Positions 19,063-29,050 of a stretch of 64,000 bases of DNA are shown here, in pieces. The stretch lies in the IMG/VR virus record IMGVR_UViG_3300050343_000191, positions 167,086-231,085 of that record, one strand, 5' to 3'. Made by a program: the position numbers and the translations under genes. Below the pieces are notes generated by a model. That model was not told the origin of the DNA. It ran no database searches and saw only the letters and a program-made list of their open reading frames with translations. The stretch's first letter is position 1; each line of letters opens with the position of its first letter.

Positions 19063-19065
19063 AGA

Positions 19066-19137
19066 TAGGAATGCCGAGAATTGAACTCGGATGACCCCGT
19101 TATAAGCAGGGCGCATTAACCATTATGCGACACTCCC
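19066..19137 (-). tRNA. trnI: tRNA-Ile(UAU)
   Basis: GGGAGTG/CATTCCT acceptor stem, CCCTG-CTTATAA-CGGGG anticodon arm, GTTCAAT T loop. Confidence 0.85.
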
Positions 19138-19147
19138 TGATGATGAA

Positions 19148-19321
19148 TTACTGAGCGTCATTATTGCTCTCAGTGTGTATTCGTATTAGTTCATCATCAG
19201 CAGGCATCATTACTGCTGCCTTACCATCTTCTCTCACAATACCTATGGTTTCACCGTTTTCGACTCTTTCCATAAGTTTATCAAAATTATCTTCCCATTC
19301 TTTTAGAGTAAAAATTTCCAT
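19148..19321 (-). CDS. Phd/YefM antitoxin-like 57 aa protein (not in ORF track)
   Basis: MEIFTLKEWEDNFDKLMERVENGETIGIVREDGKAAVMMPADD fits the Phd DNA-binding domain pattern. Confidence 0.6.
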   Translation of the reverse strand: MEIFTLKEWEDNFDKLMERVENGETIGIVREDGKAAVMMPADDELIRIHTESNNDAQ

Positions 19322-19524
19322 TAAACTTTATTTCCTTTAACTGAAAGATCTGCATATTGAATTTGATCATCATTAAGATGTGAAGTACATACTTCCATGA
19401 CGTTCATAAACTCTTCAGGACTATCACATTGAATTAAACGTTCTTCTTCTTGATCACTAATGAGAAGAAAGGAGCGAGAACAAATATCTATCACTACACC
19501 TTCAACGTATGCCTCAGTGTTCAT
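19321..19524 (-). CDS. Hypothetical protein
   Basis: 67 aa ORF with TAATG coupling to the Phd-like ORF. Confidence 0.65.
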   Translation of the reverse strand: MNTEAYVEGVVIDICSRSFLLISDQEEERLIQCDSPEEFMNVMEVCTSHLNDDQIQYADLSVKGNKV

Positions 19525-19547
19525 AGTGGTTTTTTGATTACCTTGAT

Positions 19548-19576
19548 ATTATAACGGATTCTAGTCGGAGCGTCAA
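19548..19576 (-). promoter_or_regulatory. Sigma70-type promoter for the small ORF/tRNA unit
   Basis: TTGACG-17 nt-TATAAT. Confidence 0.75.
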
Positions 19577-19577
19577 G

Positions 19578-22070
19578 TCATTCAAAGGTGATAATCACCA
19601 ATCCACTCTGACTACTTCCACCATATCCCGCAATATAATCAGGATCACCAGTGTCTTGAGCACTCCTACCTCCTGCTTGTCCAGTCTGTCCTGATTGACT
19701 TACAGTATTTGTCCAGTTACCAGTGATGATACCTGAACCACCGCCACCACCGCCGCCAGTACAGTCACTATCATATCCACCGCCGCCACCGCCGCCATAG
19801 TATCCAGCACCACCGCCACCACCACGTTTTCCCTGATAGGTTCCGTGACCACCAGAGTCTCCGCCATTATTGCGGTAGAAAGCATTATATCCAGAGGAAC
19901 TAAAATATGTTCCAGAATTAGCAGTATTTCCACTACTGGAACCTGCTCCTCCGCCACTACTTTGGCTGGCACCTCCACCACTATTTGGTCCACCAAGACC
20001 ACCTGATCCTCCACCACCAGAACCATTCCCCCCACCATATCCACCATTAGATGCCTGACCAGCACCACCTCCACCGCCTGCGATCATAAGGTTAGTGCCA
20101 TTATAAACAACACCTGTTAATCCACCACCATCACCAGCACCAGAATCTGCCATACTGTCTGGTTGTGAACCTGCATTTGTTCCACCAACCCACACAACTA
20201 CCTGACTTCCACCTGTTACAGGTATTGTTCCCTCAACGTGACCACCTGAACCACCACTAAAGTTTCCACCATCAAGACCAGTTCCAGAGGCAGGACACTC
20301 ACCATTTCCATAACCACCAGCACCCCAGACTTTAGCAGTCATTGATGTTGAGTTAGCAGGAACATTTACAGTATATGTATCGTTATCATTACCCGTGCCT
20401 ACATACGCAAAAGAATTAATACCTTCAAATACTACCTTCGCATCTTCTCCAGGATCACCAGCATCTTCCCTATCTGGATGTGAAGAACCTGAAGAAAATG
20501 CACCAGTAAATCCATTAGATACGGAAGAATGAACATAACCTGAACCACCACCGCCGCCGCTACCAGCACGGGTAGCATCACCAAAATCATTACCACCTGC
20601 TCCACCACCACCGCCATAGTATCCAGCACCGCCTCCACCACCCCCAGCAGCGTTATTGCCACCAAAACCTGTTGCTGCATTACCACCATTGCCACCTTGT
20701 AATGCTGCGCCACCAGAACCATTGGCACTTACTGATACAGTCTGAGAGGTGGTTTCATTTCTTCCACCAGTACAAACAATGGTGTGGTATTTAACGTTGA
20801 CCTGTGTATTATTATCATTTCTATACCACCTGACTCTGAAACTATTATTACTCTTATTATCAACTACAGCATAAAATCCTTGAGGTTGATATGTTCCATT
20901 TGATTGATAGTTTAAATCCATACTCATATTACTAGCAGACACTGAATAAGAGTTGTTATCATAAGACTCATTCACGGTCCAAATATATTCAAAGGTATTC
21001 TGATGAACACAACTAGCTTGACTACCTGAACTAATATCAAAAGTAGTATTCACACCACCACTTCTTTCATGAAGCAAACCTGCCTCTGTTCGTGAACTTG
21101 AATTATATGATGTGGTAGTCTTAGTAAAACTACTATCAGCAGTTCCAGCACCACCAGCACCACTTTGTGTTCCTCCACCACCACCTTGTGAGTTTATCTG
21201 ACTCTGATTCGCAATGCCGCCATTAACACCTGTATTTCCTCCACCATCACCACCATTTGTTGATGAACTTCCACTAATTGATCCTACTCCACCACCACCT
21301 CCACCAGCAATCAGTCTGGCAGTAGATTGATTGATTGTTGATGATGAAAAAATGCCTGCTAATCCACCACCACCACAAGCAGCATTTGTTCCAGAACCCG
21401 ATCCACTACCAGCATTACTAGCACCGTAGTTTAAACGTATGTGAAGTTGATCACCTTGAGTTAAATTAAAAGTTCCATAGCTATGTCCACCTAAAGATCC
21501 ATTAGTTGCACATCTGCCGCCTTGACCCCATAGATATGCCTTTAACTTTACGTCTGTAGCAGCAGTATATGTGTATGATGTTGATGTATTTGCATCAAAT
21601 ATCAGATTTCCATCACTACCAAAATCGTGGAATGTAGAACCACCTTGCCCATCATCTACTCCACCAACTCCAGTTGAAGTTGAACCTTGAATATAAACTG
21701 ACTGTGTTGTTTCAATTACATTCGATGTATGTGAAGTCTCTCTAATATCAATAACGAATCCTTCACCTTCTTCAACAACACCATCCGCAGCAATTGCTTT
21801 AGTGAAAGAACCACTATCATTATTGATAGTAAATGTTCCTGTTAAGGAATTATCTACAAAATCCGACGCTGTTATTGTACCAAGATTTCCTCTGATAGTA
21901 TAATAAAGAGTCGTTCCATCTTCAATACCATCTGAAGTCACCGTGACAGTAATTACATTACCTTCTGTTAGATTTCTTGGTGCAACAGTAGATTGTATGG
22001 TTCTCTGAATTGAACCAAGAAAACCATATCCACCAGCGTTAATTGATGAATTTGTTCCAAATATAGGCAT
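19578..22070 (-). CDS. Glycine-rich virion protein with a Calx-beta-like N-terminal domain and two Gly-rich domains
   Basis: EGNVITVTV...DGVVEEGEGFVIDIR, then two GAxGxx...LIAGGGGG units ending SGLVIITF. Confidence 0.65.
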   Translation of the reverse strand: MPIFGTNSSINAGGYGFLGSIQRTIQSTVAPRNLTEGNVITVTVTSDGIEDGTTLYYTIRGNLGTITASDFVDNSLTGTFTINNDSGSFTKAIAADGVVEEGEGFVIDIRETSHTSNVIETTQSVYIQGSTSTGVGGVDDGQGGSTFHDFGSDGNLIFDANTSTSYTYTAATDVKLKAYLWGQGGRCATNGSLGGHSYGTFNLTQGDQLHIRLNYGASNAGSGSGSGTNAACGGGGLAGIFSSSTINQSTARLIAGGGGGGVGSISGSSSTNGGDGGGNTGVNGGIANQSQINSQGGGGGTQSGAGGAGTADSSFTKTTTSYNSSSRTEAGLLHERSGGVNTTFDISSGSQASCVHQNTFEYIWTVNESYDNNSYSVSASNMSMDLNYQSNGTYQPQGFYAVVDNKSNNSFRVRWYRNDNNTQVNVKYHTIVCTGGRNETTSQTVSVSANGSGGAALQGGNGGNAATGFGGNNAAGGGGGGAGYYGGGGGAGGNDFGDATRAGSGGGGGSGYVHSSVSNGFTGAFSSGSSHPDREDAGDPGEDAKVVFEGINSFAYVGTGNDNDTYTVNVPANSTSMTAKVWGAGGYGNGECPASGTGLDGGNFSGGSGGHVEGTIPVTGGSQVVVWVGGTNAGSQPDSMADSGAGDGGGLTGVVYNGTNLMIAGGGGGAGQASNGGYGGGNGSGGGGSGGLGGPNSGGGASQSSGGGAGSSSGNTANSGTYFSSSGYNAFYRNNGGDSGGHGTYQGKRGGGGGAGYYGGGGGGGYDSDCTGGGGGGGSGIITGNWTNTVSQSGQTGQAGGRSAQDTGDPDYIAGYGGSSQSGLVIITFE

Positions 22071-22561
22071 TATCCAGCACCAAAACTACTCAAAGTTCCT
22101 AAAACTGTATAATCTGACACATCATTTTTAATAATTGCAAATGTATATGCGTTTATTGCGTTTGTAAATCCAGAAGTTGGTGAAGTTGAGTTTATCCACT
22201 TAACTGCGACTACTTGACCATCAATTTTAAATCCAGTTGTAGTTGGGTTTGATATAACATATGCACTGCTGCCCATATTGATGAGCACAGTAACCACTAT
22301 GCTTTTTTCCTTTGATATACCTCTAAGACCTGTTATGTTAAAGGTAAAATTTCCAGTAGATTGTCCACTATAATTGTGGAGAGATCCCTTTCCTAAATCA
22401 ATTACAAGTTCATTGTATGCTGTATCTTTATATACACAAACTTTTTCAAAAATTTCTTGTACATTTGCAGTTGACTCTAGATTTAATCCACCAGAAAATT
22501 TTGCATTAGAGAGAAAATCTGAGTTTCCTGCAAAAGTAGACTCAAAATTGTATTGTGTCAT
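22070..22561 (-). CDS. Short fibre-tip-domain protein
   Basis: KIDGQ...KWINSTSPTSG...AYTFAIIK resembles the C-termini of the 45915 and 49447 genes. Confidence 0.55.
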   Translation of the reverse strand: MTQYNFESTFAGNSDFLSNAKFSGGLNLESTANVQEIFEKVCVYKDTAYNELVIDLGKGSLHNYSGQSTGNFTFNITGLRGISKEKSIVVTVLINMGSSAYVISNPTTTGFKIDGQVVAVKWINSTSPTSGFTNAINAYTFAIIKNDVSDYTVLGTLSSFGAG

Positions 22562-22563
22562 AG

Positions 22564-23166
22564 TTATCCTAATGCCTTAATTGCCTTACTTGCAACGCTT
22601 ACTGCCATTCCCGCACCAGGTCCACCCGCTGCAGTTGCTGCTGCTCTTGCAATACCCTCAGCATTTAACCCAGAATATACTTGATTTAACATACTATTTG
22701 CATTATCTTCCGTTGCAATACAATCTGGTCCATATGAATGTGGTGCCTCACAATATGCTTCTTTTGCAAAGATATCAAATCTATTACCACAATCCAACTT
22801 CATATTACCACCACTCTTGAAAGTCATTTCACCTTTTGACTCTACGGTGACTTTTGCACCTTTAATTAAAATTTCACCATTTTCTTGAGCAGTAATAAGA
22901 ATACTACCCTTCATTCCAGTGATACAAATATCTACACCACCACGTTCACTATTCTGTCCCCCAATAATTTCTATGGTTTTATCGTTATAGAGACGATAGA
23001 TACCACCCTGCGTCATACCAGCAAGTGATACGTCACCGTCATCATTGAATCCATAAAGATCATAGATTCCTGGACCATTGAATCCGACCTGTGGATTATT
23101 TACTTCAATCCTAAAATTAGGTGAAAATGAAGTAAATGCGTGTCCTTGTGGATTTTGATTTGACAT
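22564..23166 (-). CDS. gp5 C-terminal beta-helix-like spike protein
   Basis: Repetitive beta-strand pattern (ILITAQENGEILIKGAKVTVESKGEMTFKSGGNMKLD), directly downstream of gp5. Confidence 0.5.
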   Translation of the reverse strand: MSNQNPQGHAFTSFSPNFRIEVNNPQVGFNGPGIYDLYGFNDDGDVSLAGMTQGGIYRLYNDKTIEIIGGQNSERGGVDICITGMKGSILITAQENGEILIKGAKVTVESKGEMTFKSGGNMKLDCGNRFDIFAKEAYCEAPHSYGPDCIATEDNANSMLNQVYSGLNAEGIARAAATAAGGPGAGMAVSVASKAIKALG

Positions 23167-23190
23167 TTATATTATTCTCCGTTCAAATAT

Positions 23191-25758
23191 TTAGTATCCA
23201 CCCCCATATCCACCTCCACCTTGATTTGGTGGTGGTGTTGGAGGAGATGGTGTTGGAGATGGTGTAGGCGAAGACGATCCTCCTCCCCCTCCACTACCAG
23301 ACGTGCTACTCTGTATATTTGTTATTGGTGTTGGTGCAGGAGTTGGTTCTTGCACTGATGCTTGTTCAACTTCTACAGTAGTTGTTGATGTTTGCCTGTT
23401 TATTTGAGTTGTAGTGCTTATATTTGACGGTAAAGATCCAAGACTTTCTGATTGAGTGTCGTAAATGTATTGATGTGGTGCTTTTCTATGCGTTGCACCA
23501 ACCATTTTTCTTCCATTTGTTGGGTGAATATGGAACGGTCCATAGTAAGGTTCGCCATTTACATATCCTACAAGATCATCTTCTTTAGAAATACAGTCAA
23601 TAACTTGCTTAACTTCGCCCTGTAATTCTGTGGGTCTCTTAATAAGTCTTGGTCTCAGTCTCAAACCTGCACCAGTAGCAGAAACTGCATTGTATTCTAC
23701 AGTATTTTCTACTGACTTATAAGTTAATGTGCCAGTACCAGTACCAGTATCATCAACTTCACTAGTAGTACGAATTACATTGTAAACTCTACCTGAAGTG
23801 TCAACTTGGACTGAATATTCATTTCCTTCACTATCACGGACAACATCATCTGGATTATATCCACTACCAGATCTGACAATAACCGGACCTTTCTGATCAT
23901 CTGGAATGTAATCCTCAACCTCACCACCAATCGTATAGTTTTCTCCTTCAGTTACAACGTAAATATCAGTAATATTTTGGAAGGTTGGAGAATCTGGATC
24001 ATAATCAATAATTGCTCTTGCAGATGCGCCATATCCTCTATCACATTCATCAACAATCTCAACAAATGGTGGGAATGTATATCCACCACCACCATTTACA
24101 AGGTCTACACCAAGAAGACTACCAGTCAATCCTCTATCAGCATTGGCAAGAGCCTTAATTCCACCAAAGATTGCATTTGCAGTTCCACCTTCACCATTTC
24201 CACCAAAGATCTTGATCTTTGTACCACCACATCCACCAAGTTCTGGAAGACCTGTATAGCAACTGCCAAGAGCACTCTTAAATCCTGGAACTGAAACACT
24301 TGGATTCATAAAGTCAAATACACCCAAAGCACTTTCGGCAGCTCCAGCAATATCTTGAACGGTATCTAATGCTGCTGTACCAATACTAAGTGCCTGGTTT
24401 GCCGTTTCTAAGATATCACTAACAGGTCTTCCTACTTTATCACTAGATCCCTTACCAATAATCCATTCATTAGAACCAAGATTAAATTCTGGAGCAATTG
24501 CATTACAACTGAGAGAATCTGCAATACCAAGAATTGCATCAGCAGTATTTTTTAAGAAGTTGAGAGGACTGAATCCCATCAAAATCTTATCAAGACCACC
24601 AAGTAATGGTTGAATAAATTTAGTTACTCCACCTATAATATGATTGATAATGGAACCGACTACTTGATCTGCAATACAGGATGCAAAGTTTGTTACGTTA
24701 TCTACTACATTCTTAAGAACTCCATCAATCATACCAGAGAGTCCATTAATTACATTATTTGCAATACAGGGTATTGCATCAGATAATTTTTTAACTGGAC
24801 CAATTAATAGTGCCTGTGCAACAGTTCCTGCTTTTGTTGCAATAGGATCGCTTCCTGTTGCAGCAAGAACTGTATTATACACACCATCATATAAGACTTG
24901 TAATCCACCATTCAATACTGGAACCATAGCAGCACTAAGGTTCTTTGTCATATCCTGAACCATACGAGTAGCACCCTTTTGGATACTCGCAGTCATATTA
25001 CTAATTTCTCGATATAGATTTTGCTTTACATTCCCAATTGCTTGATCAACATTACTCATAAATCCAGTTACACCATCAGTGATATCCTGAATCTTCTTTA
25101 CAAAGTTATCAACATCATTTTTAATAGTCTTAACTGCACTATCTTTTCCACTGTCAGCAGCAGTTACTTTTTGACCAATAGCACTAGATGCTGATATTTC
25201 TGCATTTGGATTTGCAGGATCTCCTCCAGTTCCATTTGATTTATTTAACTTCTTAGCGGTAGCATTATCTATAGATCGTACATGCTTTTGCGAAGTAGTA
25301 TTAGACTCATTCGATTCATTTCTTGGAATATTTGCGCCATCATTCTTAACAGCACCAGTATATCCAGTAAATGCTTCAAAAGGTCCTTTATAATCGGTTG
25401 ATGGAACCATATTGGTTCTACCAAATATACCGATAATTACAGGTTGTTGAGCATTATCACCATCAAGAAAGAATCCAAAAACAGAATCACCAGGAGAAAT
25501 CTTTACCGATGTTGCTCTATTCTGAGCACCAGAACCATCAGTACAACCTAGAAGTGCTTGTGCCCAAGGAAGTTTATCATCAGGAAGATCAATTACACTA
25601 TAGGGGTGATATCCAAGAATACGAACTCTGAATCTATTGCCCCATCCACCACCATTGATCTGTTTGCCCTGTGCTATCTCCGGAGCAATCTGACCAATCC
25701 ACCAACGGAATCCGTCTCTTCCTATAAAATTTGTTTTAAGTAAAGACTCCTCTAACAT
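23191..25758 (-). CDS. gp5: Baseplate hub gp5-like protein (N-terminal OB fold)
   Basis: GRDGFRWWIGQI...GNRFRVRILGYH...LPWAQ...VFGFFLDGDNAQQPVIIG. Confidence 0.85.
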   Translation of the reverse strand: MLEESLLKTNFIGRDGFRWWIGQIAPEIAQGKQINGGGWGNRFRVRILGYHPYSVIDLPDDKLPWAQALLGCTDGSGAQNRATSVKISPGDSVFGFFLDGDNAQQPVIIGIFGRTNMVPSTDYKGPFEAFTGYTGAVKNDGANIPRNESNESNTTSQKHVRSIDNATAKKLNKSNGTGGDPANPNAEISASSAIGQKVTAADSGKDSAVKTIKNDVDNFVKKIQDITDGVTGFMSNVDQAIGNVKQNLYREISNMTASIQKGATRMVQDMTKNLSAAMVPVLNGGLQVLYDGVYNTVLAATGSDPIATKAGTVAQALLIGPVKKLSDAIPCIANNVINGLSGMIDGVLKNVVDNVTNFASCIADQVVGSIINHIIGGVTKFIQPLLGGLDKILMGFSPLNFLKNTADAILGIADSLSCNAIAPEFNLGSNEWIIGKGSSDKVGRPVSDILETANQALSIGTAALDTVQDIAGAAESALGVFDFMNPSVSVPGFKSALGSCYTGLPELGGCGGTKIKIFGGNGEGGTANAIFGGIKALANADRGLTGSLLGVDLVNGGGGYTFPPFVEIVDECDRGYGASARAIIDYDPDSPTFQNITDIYVVTEGENYTIGGEVEDYIPDDQKGPVIVRSGSGYNPDDVVRDSEGNEYSVQVDTSGRVYNVIRTTSEVDDTGTGTGTLTYKSVENTVEYNAVSATGAGLRLRPRLIKRPTELQGEVKQVIDCISKEDDLVGYVNGEPYYGPFHIHPTNGRKMVGATHRKAPHQYIYDTQSESLGSLPSNISTTTQINRQTSTTTVEVEQASVQEPTPAPTPITNIQSSTSGSGGGGGSSSPTPSPTPSPPTPPPNQGGGGYGGGY

Positions 25759-25763
25759 TTGTT

Positions 25764-27062
25764 TTACTTGTTATTTTTTCCGTATTGACCAAAAGTGTCT
25801 CTGATCAATTTTAATGAAGTATATGATCCTTCAGCATCAAAGTGATGGCAAAGTTCCTTTATCATATATAGACCACTAATTTCAGTATCGAATTCTCCAC
25901 CTTTTGAAACTGTCGTAGATGGGAAAAGACATTGAATAAGATTTCCTGCTCTCAAATTTGTATTAGATGGAATAGTTATGGTCATTGCTTGAGTGAACAT
26001 AAGATTATATCTCATAATTGATTGAGACTGATACTTAAAAGCATCCGCATTTTCTTCATAAGATACGCCATCTTCAAGTGTTCCAATATCTACAATTCCA
26101 GTGACTAATCTACTTGGAATGTCTGCAAGAGTAAGTTCAGAACCTTCATTTATTGGTGGCATTCCAAATGATCTACCAAGATTCTTAGACTTACCTGCAT
26201 AATTTTCTAATTTGAATAGTCCCTTTTCTGGTCGAGTGTACTCAAATGAAAGAGGATTAAAGTAACTTCTCTGTGTAGAAAACTGACCTAAACGAAGTTT
26301 TTCCAGAAGATTATTATTTCTAGTTGTCACATGATTAAGTATTTGAAAGTCTTGCTTATTATTAGGATCAGAAATCTCAGTAGCAGTATAAACTTCAGAA
26401 ACCTTTTGAGTGATTAAACTATCAACAGACTTAAAACAATAACCATCTTGTGTTTCATAGAAAAAATACCCAGCAGTTGCATCTTCACCAGATTCTGGCA
26501 CACCTTTTGATGCCAACCAAGTCAGTAAGGTAAATGGTTTTTTCATATTACCAATAAAACCATACTTATTTGATGTCTGATCAATAAAGAGTTCTTTACT
26601 TGTTACCAAATATTTTTTTATAATTTCTTCCGCTGATACTGATATTGGAGATGATGTTGGAAATCTTATAGGAACTCTGGAAGTTTCATTAGTAATTGCT
26701 TCTCTTGAGCATAGATTTAATACAAAAGTCTCTTGCTTACTATCACGAATGACATTAGTAATACCAGAAACATATAATGAATTATTACCAGAAAAGTCTA
26801 ATCCTGGATTATTATCAGTATTACCTTGAAGTTTGATGGATAGTCTTTCACCACCTCTCAGTGGAAGTCCCAAATATACACCAGCATTATCAATAACACT
26901 ACCAGTTGTAGTTACCAGAATCTTAGCAGTAATAGTTGGAGAAAAAAGATCTTCATAATAATCTATAGACTGAACACCTGTTCGCAGATCTATAGTTCTA
27001 TTCTTATCTGTAGTAGATTCTATAAGTATCTCATCATACTGTGAACTATCTGTTGCTGACAT
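25764..27062 (-). CDS. Baseplate hub protein (gp27-like)
   Basis: Position upstream of gp5; YYEDLFSPTITA, YFFYETQDGYCFKS, and SGLYMIKELCHHF. Confidence 0.55.
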   Translation of the reverse strand: MSATDSSQYDEILIESTTDKNRTIDLRTGVQSIDYYEDLFSPTITAKILVTTTGSVIDNAGVYLGLPLRGGERLSIKLQGNTDNNPGLDFSGNNSLYVSGITNVIRDSKQETFVLNLCSREAITNETSRVPIRFPTSSPISVSAEEIIKKYLVTSKELFIDQTSNKYGFIGNMKKPFTLLTWLASKGVPESGEDATAGYFFYETQDGYCFKSVDSLITQKVSEVYTATEISDPNNKQDFQILNHVTTRNNNLLEKLRLGQFSTQRSYFNPLSFEYTRPEKGLFKLENYAGKSKNLGRSFGMPPINEGSELTLADIPSRLVTGIVDIGTLEDGVSYEENADAFKYQSQSIMRYNLMFTQAMTITIPSNTNLRAGNLIQCLFPSTTVSKGGEFDTEISGLYMIKELCHHFDAEGSYTSLKLIRDTFGQYGKNNK

Positions 27063-29050
27063 TATGTATTTCCTAGTTCTGTTAACAGTAAAGTAGTCAT
27101 AAATCTATTTAACGGATCAGATGATGAAATATTCAGAGGTTTACTTGCTGGTGGACCGCCGCCTGTTGGTTGTTGAGATCCAGCAGGTGGTGGTGCTGCT
27201 GGATTTATTGGCACTGTAATGTTTCTAGATTTATTTACAGGTGCCAAACTTGGTGGTGTTGATGTGCCAGAAGATGTATTATTTGATTGTGCCGATACTT
27301 GTGCTGGTGGCACTGGTGGTGTAGTGCCAGTAATTTGCACACTTGTAAGTTGAATCAAAGAAACATATGGATCTGGTGAAGTATTACTTCCATATGTTGT
27401 GCTTCCTTTGTTTGTATTTGCTTCAAAGTGAATATGTGATCCCGCAGGTCCTGGTGGATCAACAGTTCCAGAATATCCAGTGACTGTAAATGATGTGCCT
27501 GCGGGTATTTTACCAGAAGTAATAATGTGCCTGGTGCTATGTGCGAATCTTAATTGAACACCTAAAGATTCTACCCAAACATCAATAACTTCACCATAAC
27601 CACCACCTCTTGCGCTACCCATAACTTCACAATCTACTTTCAAAGAAACAAATAATCCAGGATCGCAACCGATATCAATACCACCGTGTGGTCCATGCTT
27701 TCTAGATGCTCCTAAAAGACTGGTAATAGATGCATTTTTCCCAAGAAGACTGGTTACATTCTGACCTTTAGTATATCTTTTACCTGAATCTATCGTAGGT
27801 GGAGGTGTTGTTTGTGCAGGTGACGGTGACTGTGGTTCTTGATAGTTTTTGAACTGCTCAAATGCCGCTTCGACTTTATCTGGAGTAATCGTTGCTCGAT
27901 TTCCATTAAAGTTTCTGTAATAACTTTGACCCCTCTTAACAAGTTGTTTGTACCCCTGAGTGTCTTCTAAAACAGGGATTCCAGCAAATTCCATTGCAAG
28001 TCTTTTTGCAGCTTCATTTGGATTATTAACGATCATATCTGCGGTAATTCCGCGTGCTTTAATCAATGCTATAGCAATCTTATCCTGATTTGCTGGACTG
28101 AATAAATCTGTATTAACATCAAGACCTGCCAGTTCTGCTTGTTGTATTGGTGTTGTTAATTGATATCTACCAATCGCACCATTTCCACCATCAACTCCAA
28201 CCGCTTTATTTGCCTCAGCGATTGTCATATTTGTAAGATTTGGATTCTCATCGTTTGGTGCGATAGATGTATATCCACCCTCAGCACTTCCAATCAGATT
28301 TAATATTGGAGAAAATCTACCAGCATTTGCTGCTCCGCCAGATGATGTTCCTGGTCCTGGTGGTTGTGATGGATCTATACCTGGTCTTTTTTCAAATGAT
28401 CCGATAAAGTCATTATACCATGTACGAAGATCAAAATTTTGGAATGATCGAACCATTCTGAGAATATTATCTTCAAGTGAGTTAATACCTTTACGTAATT
28501 TTTTCTCATTGTCTTCTGCTTCTTTGACTTCATCTGGTCTTAATATGCCAGATATTTTTCCTAAGATTCCATCAAGTGCTGAAGTAAAGTCTTGGAAAAA
28601 TTCAGTCGTATTATCAATCCAAGATTGTAAGATTTTTCTTGCTTCCTGTATTCTCCCAATAAGGGATTGAACTGCCTTAATAATTCCAGGTAAATTTGTC
28701 AGTAACCATCCAAGCATAACAGTACCAACAAAATCCATAATCCTTCCAAGAAATCCCTTGGTGCTTCCAGATATGGTTCTTTGTGCGCTAGAAATAATAT
28801 TTGGAAGTTTTCCAGATTCAATTACACTCTCTCGTTCTTTTCTCTGTACTGCTTCTCTTCTTGTTCTGAATATTTCAGATTTTTTTAGAATTGCTCTCTG
28901 CTTTTCTCTATTGTTTACATTAAGACCTTTTTGAATACCAATACTAGTGGAGTTTGCGGTTTTTAAACCTTCGCCAAAAGATAGTAGAGAACTTCTAATG
29001 TTCCCTAAACTATCACTATTTTTTAGTAGAGATTTTTGTGCTTCTGCCAT
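27062..29050 (-). CDS. Hub/tape-measure-associated protein with lysozyme-like and M23 peptidase domains
   Basis: Coiled-coil N-terminus; LIGSAEGGY...AIGRYQ...FSPANQD; HGGID...FAH...HIHFE. Confidence 0.75.
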   Translation of the reverse strand: MAEAQKSLLKNSDSLGNIRSSLLSFGEGLKTANSTSIGIQKGLNVNNREKQRAILKKSEIFRTRREAVQRKERESVIESGKLPNIISSAQRTISGSTKGFLGRIMDFVGTVMLGWLLTNLPGIIKAVQSLIGRIQEARKILQSWIDNTTEFFQDFTSALDGILGKISGILRPDEVKEAEDNEKKLRKGINSLEDNILRMVRSFQNFDLRTWYNDFIGSFEKRPGIDPSQPPGPGTSSGGAANAGRFSPILNLIGSAEGGYTSIAPNDENPNLTNMTIAEANKAVGVDGGNGAIGRYQLTTPIQQAELAGLDVNTDLFSPANQDKIAIALIKARGITADMIVNNPNEAAKRLAMEFAGIPVLEDTQGYKQLVKRGQSYYRNFNGNRATITPDKVEAAFEQFKNYQEPQSPSPAQTTPPPTIDSGKRYTKGQNVTSLLGKNASITSLLGASRKHGPHGGIDIGCDPGLFVSLKVDCEVMGSARGGGYGEVIDVWVESLGVQLRFAHSTRHIITSGKIPAGTSFTVTGYSGTVDPPGPAGSHIHFEANTNKGSTTYGSNTSPDPYVSLIQLTSVQITGTTPPVPPAQVSAQSNNTSSGTSTPPSLAPVNKSRNITVPINPAAPPPAGSQQPTGGGPPASKPLNISSSDPLNRFMTTLLLTELGNT

